From positions 249,800,001 to 249,864,000 of the forward strand of contig NC_086097.1 in NCBI RefSeq assembly GCF_963921235.1: DNA of 64,000 bases, given 5' to 3'. This document shows positions 11,808 to 25,165 of this stretch, one piece after another (position 1 is the stretch's first letter; each line of letters starts with the position of its first letter). The position numbers and the translations under genes are program-made. The DNA comes from Mobula hypostoma (lineage: Eukaryota). Under the pieces are notes generated by a model. That model had not been told where the DNA came from. It worked only from the letters and a program-made list of their open reading frames with translations, and did no database searches.

Positions 11808-12405
11808 CAAGGGGTGATTGATAAGTTCGTGGCCTACGGTGGAAGGAGTCAATTTTAGAAAACCTAGCACATTTATTTTTCCTACATTTACACACATAGT
11901 CCAGCGGTCGTGGAGCATACGGATCCCTTCTTTGTAGAAGTCGGCGTCTTGGACCTCCAGGAGTGGTCCACAGCAGGGGTGATTGATAAGTTTGTGGCCT
12001 AAGGTAGGAGGAGATGAGTTATTAACTTCAAACTTTTTGCATTTTCACTCAAAGAGTTGAACTGCACGTGCACGTAACAAGAGCTGTATAACTCATCTTC
12101 TTCTACCTTAGGCCACAAACTTATCAATCACCCCTGCTCTGGACCACCTGGAGGGCCAAGACGCTCTCGTTACATGCACGTGCAGTTCAATTCTTTGAGT
12201 GATAATGCAGAAAGTTTGAAGTTAATAACTCATCTCCTTGTACCTTAGGCCACAAAGTTACAAATCACCCCTGCTGTGGACCACTTCTACAAATAAGGGA
12301 TCCGTATGCTCCACGACTGCTGGACTAAGTATGTTGAAAAATAAATGTGCTAGGTTTTCTAAGATTGACTCCTTGTATCTTAGGCTATGAACTTATCACC
12401 CCTCG
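11808..12405. mobile_element. Mariner-like palindromic MITE with internally repeated TIRs
   Basis: GGGGTGATTGATAAGTT.GTGGCCTA occurs twice forward and three times inverted; ends CCCCTCG|TA. Confidence 0.85.
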
Positions 12406-13924
12406 TACAGTCACAGCAAGAAAACTCAAAGCATAGTGTCATTTTGCATGAAATCTAATCGGCGAGGATGGTGGAAGTATCGCCAAGCTTTCAGCGCCAA
12501 CAAAGTATGCCCACAACTCACAAACCCCAACCGTACAGTTTGGGAGGAAACTGGAGCACGCGGAGGAAACCCATTGGGTCACGGAGAGAGCGAACAAACT
12601 CTTCACAGACAGCGGTGGGAATCGAACTACAACCTTCCAGCTGGCTGTTGTAAAGTGCTACACTAACTACTACACTATGGTGCTGCCCTCTTATACAGCC
12701 CAGCAAATTTAAATACAAAAACTTGAATTCTTCCTTCCCATTTCAGAGAGAAGGCTGTGTGCAGAATCTGCACGACAGAGGCTGAGCTACCACAATAAAC
12801 AAAAACAGGTTTTAAAGGAAACAAGGTCTGCCTTGGCTATAAAGTCATGTTTAATAAAGTTTTCTACAATTTATTCAGGAATCAATGGAGCTGGTTGCCA
12901 ACAGCTGGTTGGCTATAATGTTTAGATTGCAGTAAGGCATCAAAAAAAAGGTTGCAGCAAATCATGAATTTGACTAATTTCTAAGTTTACTGAAATCTAG
13001 CTGACACTGAGCAAACACTGGGAATTCAGAGAAACATTTGGGGGAATGCAGCAGGATAGCATTTTACTTGCACGTAAATGATTGTTGAGCAAGGAAACAG
13101 TCAAGTTGGGGAAGGAGGGCAAGTTTCAAATCAGTAGAAAGAAAGGCTAAATAAATGGGAAAAGGAACACATAAGTAATATGGGAAGGTACACAAGGAGA
13201 ATACTGGCAAGGCAAATACAATTAATGACTCTGGGCGACAAGAGATTTTGATGCAATTTGCAGACTCATTAAAGTTTATCAGATCAGGAAACATCCAGCC
13301 AGAAATAGTGGGGAAATCCCCGGTGACAAATCAGACTCCAAGGAGTACTGTCAAGTACTCGAGTAAGAGAGAGTCAAGTTTGTAAGAGTCAAGTCTACCT
13401 AGAATTCTGCTCTTGAAGCACTAGCAGCAGGGTAGAAAGTGGAAACCCCAGGCTCAAATTCTTTCATCTATAAACGAGATCCCCACTCAAATGCTCGATC
13501 CGGAAGACGAGGCCTGATGGTTGAAGCCCTGAGATTACTGGGGAAGTCAGGGGCCAAATAAGAGCAAGTCTGCGACCCCACTGGGTGGCCTATCCTGAGG
13601 ACTGCGTGCGCGTACACGTGCGTTGTTCTACTGAGCATTGTGGACACGCTTTGTTGCCACTGCAACGTGTGGCGACCCTTGCGGGCTGCGCCCCCCCCAG
13701 CACATTCTGAGGTTGTGTTGGTGGTTAACACAAATGACACATTTCACTGTATGTTTCGATGTACATATGAACACTTGCTTTGTTTTCCTGCAACTAACTC
13801 CACGTTTGCTTTTGGGGGAAAAATAACATTGAGTACAGCTTTCAAGATTCTTAAATGTATCCTAACAGATAGAGACAGCTACACACTAGAATTGGGCAAC
13901 ATGTATTCATATTGACAAAAGCAC

Positions 13925-14205
13925 GTTAGTGTAGTGCTTAGCACAATGCTTTACAATACAGATGAACTGAGTCCAATTTCCACCTCTGTCTGTAAGGAGT
14001 TTATACGTTCTCCATGTGATCGCATGGGTTTCCTTCAGGTGCTCCGGTTTCCTCCCACCTTCCAAAGATGTGCCAGTCAGTAGATTAACTGGTCACTGTA
14101 AATGGTCTTGCGATTAGGCTAGGGTTAAATTGGGGGATTGCTGGGCAGTGTGGCTCAAAGGGCTGGAAAAGTTTACTCCACACTATAGCTCAATAAATAA
14201 ATAAA
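13925..14205 (+). mobile_element. tRNA-derived SINE (one of many copies, e.g. 12520-12680, 17330-17530, 25640-25895, 28880-29155, 49330-49725, 53605-53830)
   Basis: Shared core TGTAAGGAGTTTGTACGTTCTCCCCGTGAC..GGGTTTCCTCC.GGTGCTCCGGTTTCCTCCCAC and (AATA)n tail. Confidence 0.75.
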
Positions 14206-15439
14206 TATATAGACAAGTTAACTTTAGTCCATCTAGGCAGAGGTTCTCATGATCCAAAAAGCATAGAATAGATAAAAATAAACAGTAATAAATGAAAAAT
14301 TAGGAACAATTTAGTACAACCAGAGGTCCACAAACTAGAGGGAATACAACTAGAGGTCATGGATTAAGGGTGAAAGATGAAAAGTTTAAGGGGAACATGG
14401 GGGAAACTTCTTCATTCAGAGGGGCGAGAGTGTGGAGCATGCAAGCTCAATTTCAATGTTTAAGAGAAGTTTGGATAGGTCCATGGATGCAAGGGATATG
14501 GAGGGCTATGGTCCCAGTGAAGGTTGATGGGAGTAGGCAGGTGAAATGGTTCAGCATGGACTAGATGGCCAAAGAGTCTGTTTCTGTGCTGTACTTTTCT
14601 ATGACTCTAAAACATTAGAAAGATTGAGTGTATGAATAATTTATTATTTGTAGTAATTGCAACTTCAAAACTACCCAAAAGGCAATTGACAAAATGTAGT
14701 CCTGTTTAGAAAGCTACATATCATTTACAAACATTTCATGAAGTAAGATACTTGGTGTTTATTTAAGCAATTAAATGTCTTGCTTGCTATATCCCAGAAC
14801 AGATCAGGAATCACCATTCCATGTATTGACCAATGTTCCCAAGTTCATAAGCCTTGCCGCTGATACTTCGTGCATTTCTAACTCATCCCACTGACTGCAC
14901 TTTTGCCCAATCAGCTACCCATCCTTCCTCACCGTCTCTCTACACACTGGAGCTACCGGTATACCAAATGCCCCATCACTCTGGTGATGGGTCAGAGGAT
15001 ACTACTTTGAGGATCATCACCTTGAAGAGGCTTGTGTGTTCCTCAGATCCCGAGAGCTCGGCAGTCTGGAAATTAGATCCTGGTAGGGTCACCCCTGCTG
15101 GTAAGGTCAAGGGGGGAGGTTCCAAACAAAGAGTGATCCAATCAAGACCTTGACAGTGGAGCTGGTGGAGGATGATGACACATCACAATGGCAGTGAAGG
15201 GCCCCCAGTCTTGCATTCCATACCATTGAGTCTTGACCCTGATCTGTCAATGACTGCGTGGTCGCTGCCTGTGCATCAGCCTCCCCATGTTAAACCAAGT
15301 AACACACAGCCATTCTCCGCTTAGGTTAGAGGATGGGGCAGTTAGTATACACTCCGTTCCAATCGTTGCTTGAAAACTTGATAAACTAATTTGAAGCAAG
15401 ATCAAATGGACGGCAACTTCCAACAGCGAAAACAATCTC

Positions 15440-16030
15440 CAGACAGAAATGGGCGAGGTCAAGGGACAGTCTGGCACAAAAAGCAGGATCTCCCGGTCGC
15501 CATTTATTTCAATACTGGTTCCCATTCCGACATGTCAGTCCGTGGCTGTCCTCCTCTCCTGCCACGATGGGGCCACACTCCGGCTGGCAGAGTAACACTT
15601 TATATTCCATCCGGGAAGCCTCCAACCTGATGACATGATTTCTCAAACTTCTGGTAGTTACTCACAACCTTCCCCCCCCCAAACCCCCATCCTCTCTTTC
15701 ACCATTCCCCGTTCCTGTGTCCTTGTCTCATATCACCTCTCTCAGGTGCCCCTCCCCCAACAGATTCCTCCTTTATCTCTTTCACTAATCAACCACAGAT
15801 CTTCTCTTCAACCCCTCCCCCTCTCCCGGTTTCACCTGTCACCCACCACATCGTATTTCTTCCTCCCCCTACCTCCACCGTCTTATTCTGACTCTCCCGC
15901 CCCCCCCTTTCCAGTCCTGATGAAGGGTCCTGACTATTAACTCTTTTCCATTGATACAGCCTGGCCTGCTGAGTTCCTCCAGCATTTTGTGAGTGTGTTG
16001 CTTTGGATTTCCAGGGTCTGCGGAATCTCT
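15440..16030 (+). mobile_element. Penelope-like 3' fragment
   Basis: KKQDLPVAIYFN motif, pyrimidine-rich UTR, CAGTCCTGATGAAGGG and CCTGCTGAGTTCCTCCAGC end. Confidence 0.8.
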
Positions 16031-16529
16031 TGTGCAATGGATAAAGTTGTCTGTTGTACCTCCCTTACATCCCAAGATCGTAACACAATCTCGCATTCAT
16101 TACTCACTGTTGAGTGCCATTTCCATAATGAGCACTTTATATTCATTCCAGCCTATATAAGGGTGACTTTATTTGACATTTCACAAAACCTTGCAAATTG
16201 GACGGGCTGTAATTTGAATTTCAATTTTTACTGCACAAAGAGTAACTTCATACCAGGACACTCGTTTCACGGATCTTCCCTCAGGCCCCCTTGAAGGTGA
16301 TTGTCCCCAAAGACCAGCTCTTGTTCTCACCAAATATTTTCGATAACCCAACATCCTTTCCCATCATTTCTCATGAGCTGATTAACCCTTCCATCCCCTC
16401 ACATCTCCTCAAAAGGAATCAATTTTAGTCACAAATTGCATCCTACATTGCCATTGGAAACTATTCCGGGTTTATTTTACATTCTGGAATTGTCATAAAA
16501 TTATTACAACCGTTTCCCATGGTTAAAGG

Positions 16530-17190
16530 AACACACACAAAATGCTGAAGGAACTCAGCAGGCCAGGCAGCATCTATGGAAAAGAATAAACAGTTGACAT
16601 TTCAGGCAGAAACCCTTCATCAGGACTAAGAAAGGGGGGAAAACGCCAGAATAAAAATGTGGGGGGGGGGGTGGGGAAAGAGGACAGCTGGAAGGTGATA
16701 GGTGAAGCCAGGAGGGTAGGAAAGGTCAAGGGATAGAGAAGAAGGAATTTGATAGGAGAGGAGGGTGGACCATGGAAGAAAGGGAAGGAGGAGAGGACCC
16801 AGGGGAAAGTAATTGGCAGGTGAGAAAAGGTAAAATGTCAGAGTGGGAAATAGAGGAAGGGGTGGGCTATAACTTGTTCACCGGAAGGAGAAATCTATTT
16901 TCACGCCATCAAGTTGGAGGGTACCCAGACGGATTGTAAGCTGTTGCTCCTCCGCCCTGAGGGTGGCCTCATCTTGGCACAAGAGGACGCCATGGACAGT
17001 CGTGTTGGAATGGGAATGGGAATTGGAATTAAAACGTTTGACAACGGGGAAATAGTGGTTTTGGTGAATGGACCAGAGGTGCTCAAGAAAGATGTCTCCC
17101 AATTTACGACGGGTATTATCAATGCAGAGTAGGCCACGTCGGGAGCACCAGGCACAATAGAGGACCGCAGCAGATTCGCAGGTGACGTTC
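16530..17190 (-). mobile_element. Penelope-like 3' fragment (GIY-YIG)
   Basis: ORF 16878..17264 is homologous to 4260..4553. Degenerate hammerhead motif near 16592-16626. Confidence 0.85.
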
Positions 17191-17634
17191 ATGGTATATA
17201 GTTTTATAAGTAGTATTACCGCATGTGTTTCCGCCAGGTGCTCTGGTTTACTCCCACGTTCCAAAGACGTATTGGAGAGGGTTGGTTATTAGGTCGTGTG
17301 CATGCTATTCTTTCAACTGTCAGGCCCTTCAGACACAATCAGTCCGTTCTGCCCAATTACACCCAGATGACCAATTAACCTACTAACCAGGTACACCTTT
17401 GGACTGTGGGAGGAGATCAGAGCATCTGGAGGAAACCCACACATTCACGGGGAGAACGTACAAACTCCTTGCAGACAGTGGTGGATATTGAACCCGGGTT
17501 GTTGGCGCAGTAACAGTTACGTTGGTACTGGAAGCATGGTTGACACTTGTGGGTTACACCCAGAAGATCCTTGATATGCACTCATCATTGACGCAAACAA
17601 CGCATTTCACTGTATGCTTCAATATTTCCATGTA

Positions 17635-18131
17635 CACTACTGTGAAAAAGATTTAGGCATATATAGCTAACTTGCCTAAGACTCTTGCACAGTACTGTAG
17701 TAATTTTATATACTGCCCTGTACTGCTGCGGTAAAAAAAAATCAAATTTCATGACATCTGTGAGTGATGATAAACCTGATTCTGATATGGGTCTCTATTG
17801 TGGACTGGGAGTGGGAAGGGGGCAGGGAGAGGGGAATCATGGTTGGGAAAAGGGGAAGGGAGAGGGAAGGGAGTGGGAAGCACCAGAGAGACATTCTGTA
17901 ATAATCAATAAACCAATTGTTTAGAATCAAATGACCTTGCCTGGTGTCTCAGGGCTGGGTGTGTCTGCTCCTGCACCACCCCCACCCCTAGCACTCCTTC
18001 CCTGCCACCTGTCCCACACCCCTCCCACAGCCTCCAGCCTCGCCATTCCCAAAATCCTTTGCTCCCACCAGATTTACAAGCTCACTCTCCCTACTCCACA
18101 TTGACAAATACAGTACTCTGCACCCTAGCTA
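17635..18131 (+). mobile_element. Composite non-autonomous element bounded by Tc1-like CAGTACTGTGCAAAAGTCTTAGG motifs
   Basis: Homologous copies at 27064-27540 (inverted) and 38128-38800. Confidence 0.75.
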
Positions 18132-18880
18132 CAGCGGTGCTAGAAAGTTTGTGAACCCTGGAGAGTTTTATATATTTCTCCTTTAAAATGATCTAAAATG
18201 ATTAGATCTTCATGCAAGTCCTAAAACTAGATAAAGAGAACCCAGTTACATTAAACATACAAACATTAAACTTGTTCATTTATTTATTGAGGAAATTGAT
18301 CCACTATTACATGTATTTGTTGGAAAAAGTAGGTGAACCTTTGCTTTAAATAACTGGTGTGACCCCCGAACAGCAATAACTTCAACCACACATTTCTGGT
18401 AATTGTTGATCAGTCCTGCAAATCGGCTTGGAGGAATTTTAGGCCGTTCCTTCTTACTAAACTACTTCAACTGTTGGGCTTGTTGGGCTTCCTTGCATGA
18501 ACCTCTTGCTTCAGGTCCTTCCCCACATTCCTATTGGGTTACGGTCAGATTGACCCCCTCCAAAACAATTCTTTTTTCTTTTTAAACTATTCTGTTGTTG
18601 ATTTACTCTTGTGTTTTGGATCATTGTCTTGTTGCATTATCCAACTTCTAATAAGCTTCAGGTGATGGACCACTACCCTGACATTCTCCTGTAAAATGTC
18701 TTGATACAATTTTGAATTCATTGTTCCCTCAGTGATTGCAAGCTGTCCAGGTCCTTCCACCATGCTTCACCATTGGATGAGGTTTTGGCATTGGTGTGCA
18801 GTGCCCTTTTTCCTCCGAACATTGCAATGTGCATTTCCGCCAAAAAGTTCAACTTTTGTCTCATCTGTCCACAGAACCTT
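18132..18880 (-). mobile_element. Truncated Tc1-like transposon (second family)
   Basis: TA|CAGCGGTGCTAGAAAGTTTGTGAACCC end. Minus-strand VLWTDETKVEL motif (first catalytic D) near 18845-18880. Confidence 0.8.
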
Positions 18881-19379
18881 TGCACAGCACTCTACATGTG
18901 ACAAATAAACAAGTGTTCTCTTTCAACTTTACTATCCTTCTAAAAGTTTAGTAATTTTTCATAATTTCTCATTGCTTTTCAGTGTCTGATATAGGTAACC
19001 GCATCACTGGACCAACTGGGCGGGGGTTATGCCCAACTCAACGCCCAACTTCAAAGCTGATGGCTGGACAATCACCTAGTATCACATCTAAAGCATAACA
19101 TGGCATGGGTTGGCACAGTAGTGAAGCAGTTAGAGCAATGATTTATAGCATCAGCAGTCTGGGTTCAATTCCTGGCACTGTCTATAAGGGGCTTGTACAT
19201 TCTCCTCATGACTGGTTTTCTCCCACATTCCAAAGATGTACGGTTAGGATTACTAAGTTGTAGGTATGTTGGGACTGGAAGCACAGCAACAATTCCGGGA
19301 CTGTCTTAACGCATCCTTGAACTGTGTTGGTCATTACGTGAAGGATGCATTTCACTGTATCGATGTATGTGATATATTG

Positions 19380-22125
19380 TTTCAAGCAAACAATATCAAA
19401 GCAGATAGTAAAAGCTTTTGTAAGTATGTTAAGAAAATAAAAGAGAGATGAGAGTGGTTATAGGACCACTAGAAAATGAAGATGGAGAAATGATAACGGG
19501 GGACAAGGAGAGTATTTGGCATCAGTCTTCACTGTGGAAGACACTAGCAGTGTGCCAGATGTTGTAGTGTGTGAAAGAAGAGAAGTGAGTGTGGTTACAA
19601 TTACAAGGAAGAAGGTGCTCAAAAAGCTGAAAGACCTAAGGGTACATAAGTCACCCAGACCAGATGAACTGCACCCTAGGGTTCCGAAAGAGGTAGCGTT
19701 AGAGATCATGGATGCGTTAGTAATGATCTTTCAAAAATCACCGGACTCTGGCATGGTGCCAGAGGACTGGAAAATTACAAATGTCACTCTACTCTTTAAG
19801 AAAATTGTATCATGGAGAGCGTTCTGACAGGCTGCATCACTATCTGCTATGGAGGGGCTACTGCACAGGACCGAAAGAAGCTGCAGTAAGTTGTAAATCT
19901 AGTCAGCTCCATCTTGGGCACTAGCCTACAAAGTACCCAGGACATCTTTAGGAAGCGGTGTCTCAGAAAGGCAGCGTCCATTATTAAGGACCTCCAGCAC
20001 CCAGGGCATGCCCTTTTCTCACTGTTACCATCAGGTAGGAGGTACAGAAGCCTGAAGGCACACACTCAGTGATTCAGGAACAGCTTCTTCCCCTCTGCCA
20101 TCTGATTTCTGAATGGACATTGAAGCTTTGGACACCTCACTTTTTTAATATACAGTATTCTTGTTTTTGCACATTTTTAATAATCTATTCATATACATAA
20201 TTTATTTATTTAATTTATTATTTTATTTATTTTCTCTCTCCCTGTCAGATTATGTTTTGAACTGCTGCTGCTAAGTTAACAAATTTCACGTCACATGCCG
20301 GTGATAATAAACCTGATTCTGATTCTGATTCTGACCTCAGTGGTTGGGAAGATGTTGGAGTCAATTGTTAAGGATGAGGTGATGGAGTACTTGGTGGCAT
20401 AGGACAAGATAGGACAAAGTCAACATGGTTTCCTTCAGGGAAAATCTTGCCTGACCAACCTGTTGGAATTCTTTGAGGCGATTATTGAGAGAGTACAGAG
20501 AAGATTTACAAGAATGTTACCTGGGTTTCATCTCCTAAGTTACAGAGAAAGGCTGAATAAGTTGGGACTTCATTCCTTGGAACGTAGAAGGTTGAGGGGG
20601 GACTTGATAGAGGTGTTTAAAATTATGAGGGGGATAGATAGCGTTGACGTGGATAGGCATTTTCCATTGAGAGTGGGGCAGATTCAAACAAGAGGACATG
20701 AGTTGAGAGTTAAAGGGCAAAAGTTTGGGGGCAACATGAGGGGGAACTTTTTACTCAGAGAGTGGTAGCTGTGTGGAACGAGCTTCCAGCAGAAGTGCTT
20801 GAGGCAGGTTTGATGTTGTCATTTAAAGTAAAATTGGACAGCTATATGGACAGGAAAGGAATGGAGGGTTATGGGCTGAGTGCAGGTCGTTGGGACTAGG
20901 TGAGAGTAAGCGTTCGGCACGGACTAGAAGAGCCGAGATGGCCTGTTTCTGTGCTGTAATTGTTATATGGTTATATGGTCATATAGACTACAAGTAGGAT
21001 AGATAAAAGGAATGCAGTGGATGTTGTATATTTGGACTTTCAGAAGGCCTTTGACAAGGTGCCACACATGAGACTGCTTACCAAGTTAAGAGCCCATGGT
21101 ATTACAGGAAAGCTAGTAACATGGTTATAGAGCATTGGCCTATTGGTAGGAGGCAGCGAGTAGGAATAAAAGGATCTTTTTCTGGTTGGCTGCCAATGGC
21201 TAGTGGTGTTCCACAAGAAACAGTGTTGAGACAGCTTCTTTATATGCTATATGTAAATGACTTAGATGATGGAATGGATGGCTTTGTTGCCAAGTTTGCA
21301 GATGATCTGAAGGCTGGTGGAAGGGCAGGCAGTGCTGAGGAAACAGGTAGGCTGCAGGAGGACTTAGACAGATTAGGAGAATGGGCAAGAAAGTGGCAAA
21401 TGAAATACTATGTTGGAAAATGCATGGTCATGCACTTTGGTAGTAGAAATAAATGTGTGGACTATTTTCTAAACGGGGAGAAAATCCAGGAATCTGAGAT
21501 GCAGAGGGACTTGAGAGTCCTTGTGCAGAACACCCTGAAGGTTAACTTGCAGGTTGAGTCAGTGGTGAGGAAAGCAAATGCAATGTGAGCATTCATTTCA
21601 AGAGGTCTAGAATATAAGAGCAAGGATGTGATGCTGAGGCTTTATAAGGTGCTGGTGAGGCCTCACCTTGAGGATTGTGATCAGTTTTGGGCTCCTCATC
21701 TTAGAAAAGATGTGCTGGCATTGGAGAGGGTCCAGAGGAGATTCACAAGGATGATTCTGGGAATTAAAGGGTTATCACACGAGAAATGTTTGATAGCTCT
21801 GGGTCTGTACTCACTGGAATTTAGAAAGATTGGTGGTGGGGGGGAATTTCATTGAAACCTTTTGAACGTTGGAAGTCCTAGACAGAGTCGATGTGGAAAG
21901 GATGGGTGGTGAATTTGTTACCACAGGTAGTTGTGGAGGCCAGGTCATTGGGTGTATTTAAGGCAGAGCTTGATAAGGTTCTTGATTGGACATGGCATCA
22001 AAGGTTACCGGGAGAAGGCCGGGGAGTGGGTTTGAAGAGGGGGGTGAAAGGACCAGCTAGGATTGAATGGCAGAGCAGACTCAATGGGCCAACTAGCCTA
22101 ATTCTGTTCCTATGTCCTACGGTAT
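19380..22125 (+). mobile_element. Decayed CR1 ORF2, interrupted by a Rex1/Babar 3' piece (19803-20333) and a younger CR1 3' piece (20480-20985)
   Basis: ORFs KSPRPDELHPRV..PEDWK and FVAKFADD..WQM. Host CR1 collinearity resumes after each insert. Insert tails (GATTCT)n and (TTATATGG)n. Confidence 0.88.
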
Positions 22126-22174
22126 TTTGTTTTGATGTGTTGATGTATATATGACAAATAAAGCTAGTATTTAG

Positions 22175-22845
22175 TAACACAAATGCTGGAGGAATTCAGC
22201 AGGTCAGAGAGCATCCATGGTGAGGAATAAATAATCAACGTTTCAGACCAAGACACTTCATCAGGACTGGAATGGAAGGGGGAAGAAGCCAGAATAAGGT
22301 GCGTGGAGAGGAAGGAGGCTAGCTAGAAGATGACAGGTGAAACCAGGTGATGGGGATGAAGTAACAAGCTGGGACGTGACAGGTGGAAGAGGTAAAGGGC
22401 GGAAGGAGAAGGAATCTTACTGCGGAGAAGAATGGGCCTTGGGAGAAAGGGAAACGGGACAGGCACCAGAGGGAAGTGATGGGCAGATGAGGAGAAGGGA
22501 CACGAGGTAAGCCAGACTGGGGACTGCAAAAAAAAAGAGGAGAAAAGGGGCGGGGGGGAGAAATTACTGGAAGTTAGAAAAATCAGTGTTCATGTCATCA
22601 GATAGGAGGCTATCTAAACAGAGCATCAGGTATTGCTCCTCCAACCTCATTGAAGCAGTAGAGGAGACACAGACAGACTTATCAGAATTAGATCTGGTCT
22701 CTGACCTCCCTCCTGGCACTTACCCCTGCAAGGGGGACCAGTGCTACATCTGTCCCGACACCTTCTCCCTCACCACCATTCATGGCCCCAAAAAGTCCTT
22801 CCAGATGAGGCGACACTTCACCCGAGAGTCGGTTGGGTCCCTTAC
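22175..22845. mobile_element. Penelope-like fragments in inverted arrangement
   Basis: Minus-strand pseudo-LTR followed by plus-strand PGTYPCK..C..C / GPKKSFQMRRHFT remnant. Confidence 0.7.
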
Positions 22846-23319
22846 CGTATTTGATAATACTGCTGTTAACAGCCATTAGAATCTATATGTCAAAGACCAA
22901 TGATACTTCAAAATTAGCAAAGTACTGACCAACAGTAACTGTCACCCTAGTATCCTCTGTTTGCATCCTTATCTTGTCTTGGTATGCCACATTGCTCCAG
23001 TCTCCTGTTCTTCAAAGATGCGCTTGCCAGGGCTGACTGCACACTATCTGTAAACTATCTTTGCTTGAACATTCTTAACCCTTGCCTTGCCACAACTTCT
23101 ACAGGACAGCATGGTCAAACAACGAGTGATTAAGTAGACAGGGCCTATATAAATCAGAGAAGAAGAAATGAGGTGAACAATGAAGTACATGAAATTTTTG
23201 CAGCACTTGACAGGAAATATTCAGAGTTGAAGTTTTTCCTGGCAGTGGTGACAACAACCAGAAATCAAAGCCTGAAAAAAAAGGGTCAGATGCTAGTCCG
23301 GGGTGCTACTTTCTTAAAG

Positions 23320-23735
23320 GAGTTATCCTGTACTCACTAGAGTTTCGAAGAATAAGGAGGGGATCTCATTGAAATCGATCAAATATTGAAAGGTCTAGAT
23401 AGTGTAGATATGGATAGGATGTTTCCTATAGCAGGTGAGCCCATGACCAGAGGGCACAGCTTCAGAACATAGGGGGATGCCCATTTAGAACAGAGATGAG
23501 GAGGACCTTCTTAGTCAGAGGGTAGTGAATCTGTGGGGTTCTTTGCCACAGGCGGCTGTGTTGGCCAAACCATTGGGTCTATTCAAGTCGCAGGTTGATA
23601 GACTCTTGATCAGTCAGGGCATCAAACTTACGGGGGGAAGAGGTAGGAGAATGGGGTTGAGAGGGATTATATTTGAATGGCGGAGCAGACTCGATGGGTC
23701 AAATGGGCTAATTCTGCTTCTATGTCTTATGGTCT
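23320..23735 (+). mobile_element. CR1 3' fragment
   Basis: LYSLE..R/QRVVNLW motifs and the CR1 3' UTR hairpin region. Confidence 0.8.
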
Positions 23736-24489
23736 TGTTCTCAGTTCAAATAGATATTGGCAAACTAATGCTAATATTTAAACTTATCCCGATATCACAA
23801 CCAACAAATTCCTTAAATCCATAAAGAATAGATTAATCACACTATTCATAACATCTGTTGGTGAGATCTCACACATGCAAACGGTTTGCTTGGTCTGTAC
23901 AAACTTTATTTCAAAATGATTAACGAGAAGATCTTTGGAACACTGGGGATGTACTCAATGGCCACAGTGCACATGGCACGAGCCTCACTTTCAGAAACAT
24001 TCTGAAAGTGTGTCCAATTGACAACAATACAGCTTCTATTACTGTACAGGAATCAATGCCAAAGCAGCATCTTGCCTGCCATCCATATGTTGCTTAATTC
24101 ACTTTCCAGAAAATGCCAAACTAGAACCGGTGACTTTTTTTCTCCTTTGCTCAGTTGCATCTTATTGATAGAACTCAACGCAACGAATGAATGAACCAGA
24201 ACTCTCCTTCATCCACAAAGCTCGTGGGTACAGAGTATACTCACCACTGAAAGATTCAAGGTGACAGCACACTGGGTATCAAGCACCCTTAGAGAAAGTT
24301 CACCAGCTGTTGTAAAAGGTTGTTTTTATTTCAGAGGCTGATAGGTTCTTGAATACAAGAAGGCAGGAGAATGTGGTTGAGCTGAAAATAAGTCAGCCTG
24401 ATGGAATGGCAGAGTAGACTTTATGTGCTGAATGACATAATTCTGCTCCCCGCCTTTTAGTGCACAGCAATGCACTACTTCCTTAGAAG

Positions 24490-25165
24490 TCTGCAAAGAT
24501 TCAGCATGACTGCTAAAACTTTAACAAACTTTTAAAGATGTTTAGTGGAGAGTATATAGACCGGCTGCATCACTATCCGGTATGGAAACAACAATGCCAT
24601 TGTACAGAAAACCTTACAAAAAGTAGTGGATTTGGCCCAGTTTATCACGGGTAAAGCCCCTCCCGCCACTGAGCGCATCTACATGGAGCAGCATCCATCA
24701 TCAGGGACCCCCACCACTCAGGCCATTTTCTTTTCTCGCTGCTGCCAACAGGAATGAGGTACAGGAGCCTCAGGACTCACAGCACCAGGTCCAGGAACAG
24801 TTATTACCCCTCAACCATCAGGCTCTTGAACCAGAGGGGATAACTTCACTCACCGCAACACTGAACTGTTCCAACAACCTATGGACTCACTTTCAAGGAC
24901 TCTTCATCCCATGTTCTCAATATTTATTGCTTATTTTATTATTATTATTATTATTATTATTATCCCTTTTTTCCTTTGTTTTTGTGCAGTTTGTTCTCAA
25001 TGGCATATTGGTTGTAAGTCCGTCCAGTTGGTGTTGTATTTCATTGATTCTATTATGGATATTGGATATACTGTGAATGCCCGCAAGAAAATTAATCTCA
25101 GGGTTGTATATGGCGGCAGTTATGTGCTTTGATAATAAATTTACATTGAACTTGGAACTTGAACT
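24490..25165 (+). mobile_element. Rex1/Babar-type LINE 3' fragment
   Basis: ESI..GCIT.WYG and SIIRDPHH..LLP.G.RYRS..RNS motifs; (TTGAAC)n tail. Confidence 0.75.
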
